From a virus (taxonomy: Duplodnaviria; Heunggongvirae; Uroviricota; Caudoviricetes), in the IMG/VR virus record IMGVR_UViG_3300018481_000018, positions 131,759 through 144,413 of that record: DNA of 12,655 bases; one strand, 5' to 3'. Below are positions 6,151 to 12,589 of the stretch, one piece after another. The notes beneath the pieces were generated by a model that searched no databases, had not been told where the DNA came from, and saw nothing but the letters and a program-made list of their open reading frames with translations. The first letter of the stretch is position 1. Every line of letters starts with the position of its first letter. A program made the translations under genes and the position numbers.

Positions 6151-6179
6151 ACATTAGGCCCGGACCGGCTCCTCGTCAA
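6151..6179 (-). promoter_or_regulatory. SigA-type promoter TTGACG-N17-TAATGT in the 3' end of the HNH gene, pointing left
   Basis: Minus strand -35 TTGACG at 6179-6174, -10 TAATGT at 6156-6151 overlapping the HNH TAA stop, 17-nt spacer. Confidence 0.75.
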
Positions 6180-6513
6180 GGGTCTTGAGGTACGGCTTTC
6201 GGGCTTGGCCGACTCGGATCACCCACCGCGTGCGAACTTCGTAGTCCTCGGGCAGGTAAAGCGCCAGTGCGGTGCGCCAGACCCAATCGCACTGGTTGCA
6301 CTCGCACTCGGATCGGTAGTTGGCCTTGAACCCGTTGCAGGGCTTGCAGGCCGGCACGATGTTGTGGCAGCGGAACCAGTAAGGCAGTGCGGACTGCGGG
6401 GTCCGGAATGCGCTCCTTGGCACCACGTGGTCGTCGGTAGTCGCTCGGTCCCCGCAGTAGTGGCAGATGCCACTGGCGTACGCCCTCTGCACGGCGAGTC
6501 GAGTCATGCACAT
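6154..6513 (-). CDS. HNH endonuclease (McrA-like, Zn-binding), about 119 aa
   Basis: CHYCG...TTDDHVVPRS...HNIVPACKPCNGFK, plus an extra CECNQC. Start at 6513 (MCMTRL) with GGGGA upstream, or at 6507. Confidence 0.88.
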   Translation of the reverse strand: MCMTRLAVQRAYASGICHYCGDRATTDDHVVPRSAFRTPQSALPYWFRCHNIVPACKPCNGFKANYRSECECNQCDWVWRTALALYLPEDYEVRTRWVIRVGQARKPYLKTLDEEPVRA

Positions 6514-6591
6514 AGTTATCCCCTGGGAGACTCTGGACGGCAAGCCATTTCGCTCCATCCGCGAGCATGTGGAACCGATGAAAGGGGCATC

Positions 6592-6993
6592 ATGAGCCGT
6601 CAGCAACTCGTAACTGCGCCCACTCCGGGCAATCCGGGGTCAATTGGCGCGACTCGTGGCGGTGCGACCATCGACTGGGATGAAGTGGATCACTTCATTG
6701 GGGCCTCGATCAACCAGGTCCGCGCGGAGGTCGATGACGCCTTCGAAGACATCGGGCAGTTCCACCAGATGGAGCCCGACGAGATCATGCGCCGAGCGGC
6801 TGGGCACTCCGGCCGGTTGAGCTACCTCAGGGTCAGGTGCCTACGTCGTGAGGACTACGCGCGTCAGTGGAAGGACGTGCGTCAGCGCGAGCTCGAGCCC
6901 TGCATCGAGGAGCTGCGCAAGCAGTGGGAGCACGGCAGTCGCCTGCATACAGTCCGCGAGTTCGACTATCGCGTCGAAACGGGTGAGCGGTGA
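6592..6993 (+). CDS. Hypothetical protein, 133 aa, helical
   Basis: SD GAAAGGGG before ATG 6592. The track's 6079 extension is antisense to the HNH gene. Ends in a GTGA overlap with the next gene. Confidence 0.85.
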   Translation: MSRQQLVTAPTPGNPGSIGATRGGATIDWDEVDHFIGASINQVRAEVDDAFEDIGQFHQMEPDEIMRRAAGHSGRLSYLRVRCLRREDYARQWKDVRQRELEPCIEELRKQWEHGSRLHTVREFDYRVETGER

Positions 6994-7196
6994 TGCCTCG
7001 TGGCGTCATGGGCGTCAAGGTCTGCCCAGACCCTACGGGCGAGCTGGCCAAGACCAACGGGCCCTGTCTCCAGCGGCCCTGCTGGTGCTCAGAGGCCCTC
7101 GTTGTCGGGTGCACGTGCGGACTCTTCCTCGACCCGATCCGGCGGCACGCCGGACACCACTCCACCGACTGCGCGATGATCCAGGAGCAGCGATGA
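6990..7196 (+). CDS. Small Cys/His-rich protein, 68 aa
   Basis: Coupled on both sides (GTGA and ATGA overlaps). Motifs CWC, CTC, HAGHHSTDC. Confidence 0.65.
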   Translation: MMPRGVMGVKVCPDPTGELAKTNGPCLQRPCWCSEALVVGCTCGLFLDPIRRHAGHHSTDCAMIQEQR

Positions 7197-9085
7197 GCGA
7201 CTACGACGACTACGACGACGAGTACCAGTTCGAGGACGAGGGGTACGGCGGCGTCGAGACGGCGACCGACGTCCCCTCGATCACCTACATCAACGAGGCC
7301 GGCGTACGGGATCACGAGCTCGAAGACTGGTTCGATGGTCGACGCGGCCGCACCTTTAAGCGCGAGGTCGCTTCGGTCATCGAGAAGTGGTCCCAGAGCC
7401 TCTCAGGGACCGCGCAGACCGTCACCCTGGACGTGTTCAACCGGCATCGCTGGGACAACGCGAACCACGCTCACGCGATCATGAGCCAGTGCGCTTGGGC
7501 GGTGGAGAACGACGACATCCTCTCGACTCTGGCCGACGTGATCGAGGGCCTGATGTGGCAGAAGTGCCGCTTCGAGTTGTTCGACGACGACCAGCAGGAC
7601 ATCTGGAACCAGTGGGCCGGGGACGTGAATCTGGACGAGTGTCTGAGGCAGATGGGACGTGAGGAGTTCAAGGTCTCCCAGTTCTACGTCGGGCTCTGGT
7701 GGGAGAAGAGGGTCTACGAGGTCCAGGACAACTCGATCGAGGAGACGGTCAAGGAGTTCGAGCGCGAGAAGGAGAAGCTCGAGTTCGAGGACAAGAAGAA
7801 GGCTCGGGAGGACTACATCGCGATGAACTCCAACCAGCCCGGCTACATCGAGCCTCCCGCGCTTCCCGAGCCTGATGACAGCGGCCCCGGCCGGGGCAAC
7901 CGCCGGCGACGCAAGAAGTTCCCCCTGATGGTGCCCACGGACATGACGATCTTCGACCCGACCAAGGTCGTGCCCGTCGGCAGCACGATGTTCGGTCGCG
8001 AGCGGTTCGCCTATGTGGCTGACCGGGGCGAGGACAACGCCTTCGCCACCGTGTTGCGCGGCGAGGTGGTCGACGGCACCGTGCTGCGGCTGATCGAGCG
8101 CAAGTACGAGCCGACCGAGCAGGACAAGGTGCAGTGTGCCGAGATTGGGGTCGACCACACCAGGCTGTGGCTGTTCCGTCAGGATGCCGTGTTCCGGCAC
8201 ACAGCGACCCGGGCTCACTACGAGCGGTACGCCCCGATCCGGCTGAAGCCGGCGCTGAAGATCCTGGAGATGAAGGAGCACCTGCGGGCCTCCGATCGCG
8301 CGACCCTGATCGGCAACACGAACTTCATCGTGCTGATCAAGAAGGGCTCCGACAAGCTGCCGGCCAAGCCCGCCGAGATCTCCAACCTCCAGGAGCAGGC
8401 GCGGATTATCGCTCGACTGCCGGTCCTGATTGGCGACCACCGGCTGAGCGTGGAGATCATCTCGCCGCCGATCGACAACACTCTGATGCAGAGCCGGTGG
8501 GAGGTTCTGGACAGCCGTCTGGTTTTCACCGCACTGAAGTCCTACGCGCCTGTCGTGCAGGGTGGCAACAGCTCGGGTACCGGCGTCTCGGAGATGTCCC
8601 GGGTGATCGCCAAGGGGATGGAGAACCGTCGGCACATGCTGCTGCGGACTCTGGAGCGCCAGATCTTCAAGCAGATCCTGGACCGCAACCGTGATGTGCC
8701 GGACTTCGACGAGCGTCCGAGTCTTCAGTTCACCCCGAAGCGGATCACTCTCGACGTGAGCGCCGACATCATCCAGCAGGTCCTGAAGCTGCGCGACCGT
8801 GGCGACATCAGCCGCGAGACCACGCTGGAGGAGCTCGACTACGACCAGGACGTCGAGGTGCTACGTCGGGCGCAGGAGCGGGTGCTCTACGACCGGGTGT
8901 TCGAGTCCACGACTCCGCACTCCTCGCCACAGTCGAACCCGTACGGCACCCAGCCGCCGGCGCTGCCGGCTCCAGGAGGCCCCGGAGGGAACGTCGGGCC
9001 GAACGGGCAGCCGCGCACTGAAGGCGGCCGACCCGCCGGTCAGACCGAGGACAAGCCGCGCAAGAAGGCCGCGAAGAAGACGTGA
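7193..9085 (+). CDS. Portal-like protein, 630 aa
   Basis: AGGAG before ATG 7193; position after TerL and size fit. Helical C-terminal region ending ...VLKLRDRGDISRETTLEELDYD, then a Pro/Gly/Lys tail typical of portals. Function inferred from synteny. Confidence 0.75.
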   Translation: MSDYDDYDDEYQFEDEGYGGVETATDVPSITYINEAGVRDHELEDWFDGRRGRTFKREVASVIEKWSQSLSGTAQTVTLDVFNRHRWDNANHAHAIMSQCAWAVENDDILSTLADVIEGLMWQKCRFELFDDDQQDIWNQWAGDVNLDECLRQMGREEFKVSQFYVGLWWEKRVYEVQDNSIEETVKEFEREKEKLEFEDKKKAREDYIAMNSNQPGYIEPPALPEPDDSGPGRGNRRRRKKFPLMVPTDMTIFDPTKVVPVGSTMFGRERFAYVADRGEDNAFATVLRGEVVDGTVLRLIERKYEPTEQDKVQCAEIGVDHTRLWLFRQDAVFRHTATRAHYERYAPIRLKPALKILEMKEHLRASDRATLIGNTNFIVLIKKGSDKLPAKPAEISNLQEQARIIARLPVLIGDHRLSVEIISPPIDNTLMQSRWEVLDSRLVFTALKSYAPVVQGGNSSGTGVSEMSRVIAKGMENRRHMLLRTLERQIFKQILDRNRDVPDFDERPSLQFTPKRITLDVSADIIQQVLKLRDRGDISRETTLEELDYDQDVEVLRRAQERVLYDRVFESTTPHSSPQSNPYGTQPPALPAPGGPGGNVGPNGQPRTEGGRPAGQTEDKPRKKAAKKT

Positions 9086-9088
9086 GAG

Positions 9089-9107
9089 TGGCCCAAAAGC
9101 TGGGCCA
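9089..9107 (+). terminator. Short hairpin after the portal-like gene
   Basis: TGGCCCA-AAAGC-TGGGCCA, 7 bp; weak. Confidence 0.35.
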
Positions 9108-9117
9108 TTCTGAGGGC

Positions 9118-9145
9118 TACACCTGGGAGGTGCGATGACCGATAC
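9118..9145 (+). promoter_or_regulatory. Putative sigma28/WhiG-class promoter TACA-N16-ACCGATAC
   Basis: GCTACA-N17-CCGA, the same arrangement as 1486-1512. An in-frame ATG lies at 9153. Confidence 0.4.
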
Positions 9146-10028
9146 CGGAGCCATGGAGTCTTGCGTCGACTCAACGTGCCCGAGGACCTTCATCGAGGAG
9201 GGGACTCTTCAGACGCATGTCCAAACCGTGCACCCGGATCTGGCGCGCGAGTTCACGCCCAAGCAGCGCAAGGCGGCCGCCAAGAAGGGTCAGGCGCAGA
9301 AGGACGGCTCCTACCCGATCAAGAACGCCCAGGACCTGAAGAACGCGATCAAGGCGTACGGCCGTTCGAAGAACAAGGCGGCCACCAAGCGTCACATCAT
9401 CAACCGGGCGCGGAAGCTCGGGCTCACCAAGTCGCTGCCGAGCGGGTGGGTTTCAGACAAGGCGAAGGAGAGCATCGTGCCCTACAAGATCGTCCCCAAG
9501 GGGGGGAAGTACTGCGTCATGAAGGAGGGCGGCTCGCAGGTCGCTTGCCATGACACGAAGGCCGGCGCGCGCAAGCAGCAGAAGGCGCTCTACGCCAACG
9601 AGAAGGCCAGTCTGGATGTCGCCGCTGCCGTGGCCTTCAGGATCCCGTGCGATGACGAGGCGTGTGAGCGGGCCTTCGTCGACTTCGACACGATGGCTCG
9701 TCACGCCGACACGCTGCATGCGGGAGAGAAGACGCTCGAGCGCGCTGAAGCGTTGCTCACCTTCGACGACACCCGCAAGATCGTTCACGAGTTCATCCGG
9801 GAGGAGTTCGGCCGGACCGGCGACTACAAGGCCAACCCAGTCGTGCCGGCGATCTGGACCTGGATCGAGGATCTGGCCAGCGACTGGGTGGTCTACACGG
9901 TCGAGGAGGGCAACGACATCACGCTCTTCAAGGCGTCCTACGTCATCACTGACGGGGCCGTGACTCTGGGTGATGCCACCGAGGTTCGTCGGCGTACCGT
10001 CTACGAGCCCGTGAAGAAGGAGAGCTGA
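9135..10028 (+). CDS. Mosaic 297-aa protein: two C2H2 zinc fingers, two basic modules and a C-terminal module like those appended to phage head-maturation/scaffold proteins
   Basis: SD GGGAGG. Fingers at aa 10-33 and 172-195; DGSYPIKNAQDLKNAIKAYGR...RARKLG...LP..W at aa 40-105; PYKIV...YCV...VACHDTK.GA..Q..ALYANE at aa 116-156; WIEDLASDWVVY...VTLGDATEVRRRTVYEPV at the C-terminus. Confidence 0.88.
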   Translation: MTDTGAMESCVDSTCPRTFIEEGTLQTHVQTVHPDLAREFTPKQRKAAAKKGQAQKDGSYPIKNAQDLKNAIKAYGRSKNKAATKRHIINRARKLGLTKSLPSGWVSDKAKESIVPYKIVPKGGKYCVMKEGGSQVACHDTKAGARKQQKALYANEKASLDVAAAVAFRIPCDDEACERAFVDFDTMARHADTLHAGEKTLERAEALLTFDDTRKIVHEFIREEFGRTGDYKANPVVPAIWTWIEDLASDWVVYTVEEGNDITLFKASYVITDGAVTLGDATEVRRRTVYEPVKKES

Positions 10029-10031
10029 GCC

Positions 10032-10256
10032 ATGGCCGACTTCCCGACGTACGAGAAGAACGCGCAGGTGCCCACTCAGGTAGTGGACATCACCCCGCCG
10101 ACGTTCGATGACAACGCGGACCACTCGAAGTCCGTGGAGGCGATCGTGGTCGAGCAGCAGTGGCGTGATGCGGACGCGGCGAAGCTGGGCGAGCGGCACC
10201 CGCTTTCGCTCAATCGCGATGCGGCTGAAGTGGTCGACGATCCCTACACCGACTGA
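10032..10256 (+). CDS. Hypothetical protein, 74 aa
   Basis: Starts 3 nt after the upstream stop, GGAG upstream, GC3-rich codons. Confidence 0.75.
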   Translation: MADFPTYEKNAQVPTQVVDITPPTFDDNADHSKSVEAIVVEQQWRDADAAKLGERHPLSLNRDAAEVVDDPYTD

Positions 10257-10266
10257 GGCGGCGGAC

Positions 10267-10506
10267 ATGGCGAAGGTGAGTGTGGGCACGACGGCGGAGC
10301 AGTTGCCCATCGATGTGGGCGAGACTGCTGCGCTGATGAACCTCGGGCCCGGCATCGTCTACCTCGGAAGCAACGACGAGGTGACGGCCGCCAACGGCCT
10401 GCCGCTTGCGGCGAACACTGGCTATGAGTTTCCACGTGATCTGACCAAGCCGCTGTGGGCGATCGCGTCGGCCGAGTCGGATCTGCGGTACCTGGTGGTC
10501 GGCTGA
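10267..10506 (+). CDS. Small beta-rich probable virion protein, 79 aa
   Basis: GAGG before ATG 10267. MNLGPGIVYLG...VTAANGLPL...LWAI pattern; TGATG overlap with the next gene. Confidence 0.8.
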   Translation: MAKVSVGTTAEQLPIDVGETAALMNLGPGIVYLGSNDEVTAANGLPLAANTGYEFPRDLTKPLWAIASAESDLRYLVVG

Positions 10507-11237
10507 TGCCATTCATCGGTGGCGGTGGCGTGCCGGCCGATCTCGAGCTCACTATCGCTCAGAAGGCTGACGTCTCGCGCGTCGAGCTGATCGAGGAACA
10601 GCTCGCCGGCCTGGTTGCCACACCGGAACCTCTGGAGTTCGTCGATGACGACGCCAAGACCGGCTACTGGGGGGGTGCTTCCACAGACATCCCGTTGCCG
10701 ACCCACGAGGCCGGAGACCTCCTGATTGCCGTCCAAGGGGGTCGCTACGCGAACCTAGCTACCGGGACGGTGGGCTTCACCAGTCTTGACGTCAGCGGCG
10801 ACAACGGCCTCTTCTATGACATCGCCTCAGGTGGTGCTACGACTTGCGCCATGACGACAGCCTGGGTTGATCATCAGGTGGCACTGACGCTTGCCATCCG
10901 AGGTTACTCGCCGACCGTGGAGCTCGAGCACGTCGGCACGAATACAGCCGCCGCTCTCACCAATCTCACCGTGCCCCAGGTGCTCTACCTGGTGTACCGC
11001 CAAGGGGATTCCGGTGCGATCTCTCCTCCGTCCGGCGTCAGCCTCGAAGCCTTCGTCAACGTGACCGGCGGCCTCTACGCCTACACCGCGATTCCCATCG
11101 ACGGCGCAGTCCCCGCTCGCACCTGGACCAACGCGAGCAAGGTCTACACACTGCTCCTCAACCAGGACGTCGTTTCCCAGGTCGAGGTGCAGCTCTCGGA
11201 CCTGGAGGCGCGGGTTGCTGTTCTGGAGGGCGTCTGA
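10506..11237 (+). CDS. Probable fiber or minor structural protein, 243 aa
   Basis: TGATG-coupled start MPFIGGGGVP. Short coiled-coil segments at both ends; beta-rich middle beginning PTHEAGDLLIAV. Confidence 0.8.
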   Translation: MPFIGGGGVPADLELTIAQKADVSRVELIEEQLAGLVATPEPLEFVDDDAKTGYWGGASTDIPLPTHEAGDLLIAVQGGRYANLATGTVGFTSLDVSGDNGLFYDIASGGATTCAMTTAWVDHQVALTLAIRGYSPTVELEHVGTNTAAALTNLTVPQVLYLVYRQGDSGAISPPSGVSLEAFVNVTGGLYAYTAIPIDGAVPARTWTNASKVYTLLLNQDVVSQVEVQLSDLEARVAVLEGV

Positions 11238-11389
11238 TGCCGTTCATTGGTGGAGGATCCGTGCCACCTGATCTTCTTGAGCGCATCGAGGCACTTGAGC
11301 AGGGAGCGTCTGGCGGTGGCGTGGCCGTCAGTCCCACCGAGCCTGAAGATCCCGAGCAGGCCCCCGTGTGGGTCAAGACCCCGAGCTAG
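11237..11389 (+). CDS. 50-aa protein with an N-terminus paralogous to the upstream gene; not in the ORF track
   Basis: TGATG overlap. MPFIGGGSVPPDLLERIEALEQGASGGGVAVSPTEPEDPEQAPVWVKTPS*; its TAG overlaps the SD of the next gene. Confidence 0.75.
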   Translation: MPFIGGGSVPPDLLERIEALEQGASGGGVAVSPTEPEDPEQAPVWVKTPS

Positions 11390-11397
11390 GAGACGAC

Positions 11398-12255
11398 ATG
11401 GCAGGCACTTTCCCGGATGTTCCCGGTCACCGCTTCATGTACGACCAGGACGGCTCCCTGACGTTCATGTCCCCCATCTCGGCCACGTCGCCCCTGACGC
11501 AGATCGACCCTCTCGTTCTCAATGACGAGGACATCTCGGATGGCCCAGGAAGTGTGGGCAATGTCTCGACTGCGTATCGGGAGCACTTGGTTGTGTTCCC
11601 CGAGGCGCGAGACCTGTCAGGCATCTTCCTGGCTCGCACCGGTGGCGGGTCCACGGCCATGTGGACTTCGGCCGACACGACTGACGGCTCTGACGGCAAC
11701 TGGACGTCGTTCGGGGCGGTTACGAACTACACGACGCTTAGCCCGGACTGGCGTACGAACATCACGCCGCTGTCGATCTCCGGCGTTCGTGGCGTGAAGG
11801 TTCGGATCACGTCGTTCGGCTCGAACAACAACCCGCACCTGACGGTGTTGCATCTGTTCGGCACGGTCCCGACGACCGCGAATCCTGAGCGCCTCGAGTT
11901 CTGGCAGCCTTCGGCCAACTCGATCCTGGACAAGGCCGGCCTCGACTTCGGCGACATGGCTCTCGGGTCCACTCGGACGAAGACCTTCCGGGTCAAGAAC
12001 CTGAGCGAGACAGCCACCGCCGAGTCGGTCGTGATCTCGGCCGACAACCTGTCCGGGGCAACGGTGAACCAGGCGATGGTGGACGGTTTGGAGTTCAGCC
12101 TCGACGGCTCCACCTGGGACTCTTCGGCCACGATCGACGAGATCGCTCCGGAGGCCATCAGCGCGGTCGTCCATGCTCGTCGCGTTGTGTTGCCGGCTGA
12201 GGTCGTCAACCCGCATGCGGTGCGCGTGATGGCGGTTCCCGGAGTGTTCGCCTGA
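11398..12255 (+). CDS. Probable minor tail or structural protein, 285 aa (beta-sandwich N-domain, Ig-like C-domain)
   Basis: AGGAG before ATG 11398. Thr/Ser/Gly-rich; LDFGDMALGSTRTKTFRVKN is typical of Ig-like folds. Confidence 0.8.
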   Translation: MAGTFPDVPGHRFMYDQDGSLTFMSPISATSPLTQIDPLVLNDEDISDGPGSVGNVSTAYREHLVVFPEARDLSGIFLARTGGGSTAMWTSADTTDGSDGNWTSFGAVTNYTTLSPDWRTNITPLSISGVRGVKVRITSFGSNNNPHLTVLHLFGTVPTTANPERLEFWQPSANSILDKAGLDFGDMALGSTRTKTFRVKNLSETATAESVVISADNLSGATVNQAMVDGLEFSLDGSTWDSSATIDEIAPEAISAVVHARRVVLPAEVVNPHAVRVMAVPGVFA

Positions 12256-12524
12256 TGGCTCGTCCATCGGCCATGGCGTACGCCTACGAGGACGTCAAGT
12301 ACCTCGTGGAGCGCACGTCTCATGTGGCCGGGGCGTATGCCTACGAGCGCCTGGCCTACATCCCTCAGCGCACGTCTCACGCGGCCGGAGCGTATGCCTA
12401 CGAGCAGGCGATTCCCGCCGACCCGAACCAGCTCTACGTGTGGGATGCCACGCTGGAGGAGTACGTTCGGGTTCCCTGGTACGTCTTCAATGGCGAGACC
12501 GGGCAGTGGCAGCAGGTTCTCTGA
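12255..12524 (+). CDS. 89-aa protein with 19-aa tandem repeats
   Basis: TGATG overlap. AYAYE three times at 19-aa spacing; aromatic beta-hairpin-like C-terminus. Confidence 0.8.
   Translation: MARPSAMAYAYEDVKYLVERTSHVAGAYAYERLAYIPQRTSHAAGAYAYEQAIPADPNQLYVWDATLEEYVRVPWYVFNGETGQWQQVL
12311..12405 (+). repeat. 57-nt-period direct repeat inside the 89-aa gene
   Basis: GCGCACGTCTCATGTGGCCGGGGCGTATGCCTACGAGC (12311-12348) versus GCGCACGTCTCACGCGGCCGGAGCGTATGCCTACGAGC (12368-12405). Confidence 0.9.
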
Positions 12525-12545
12525 GTGCGATCTGAGCTGGCGTCC

Positions 12546-12571
12546 GGTCGATACCGAACAAGGTATCGACC
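12546..12571. promoter_or_regulatory. Perfect 10-bp inverted repeat GGTCGATACC-GAACAA-GGTATCGACC
   Basis: Intergenic, 18 nt upstream of ATG 12590; contains CCGAACA. Confidence 0.55.
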
Positions 12572-12589
12572 GAGCCCTGGGGAGGGACT

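Noticed and set aside
5958-6179. 73-aa minus-strand ORF
   Set aside because: Its TTG start is the -35 box of the promoter, upstream of the predicted TSS; it overlaps the HNH end and has no SD.
6079-6591. 171-codon N-terminal extension of the 6592 gene
   Set aside because: Antisense to the HNH gene; a good SD marks 6592 as the start.
6848-7192. 115-codon extension of the portal ORF
   Set aside because: Overlaps two coupled upstream genes; AGGAG and the ATGA overlap support 7193.
7196-7225. GACTACGAC short repeats as a CRISPR-like or regulatory repeat
   Set aside because: Simply encodes the acidic portal N-terminus DYDDYDD. No repeat-spacer array or cas genes in the window.
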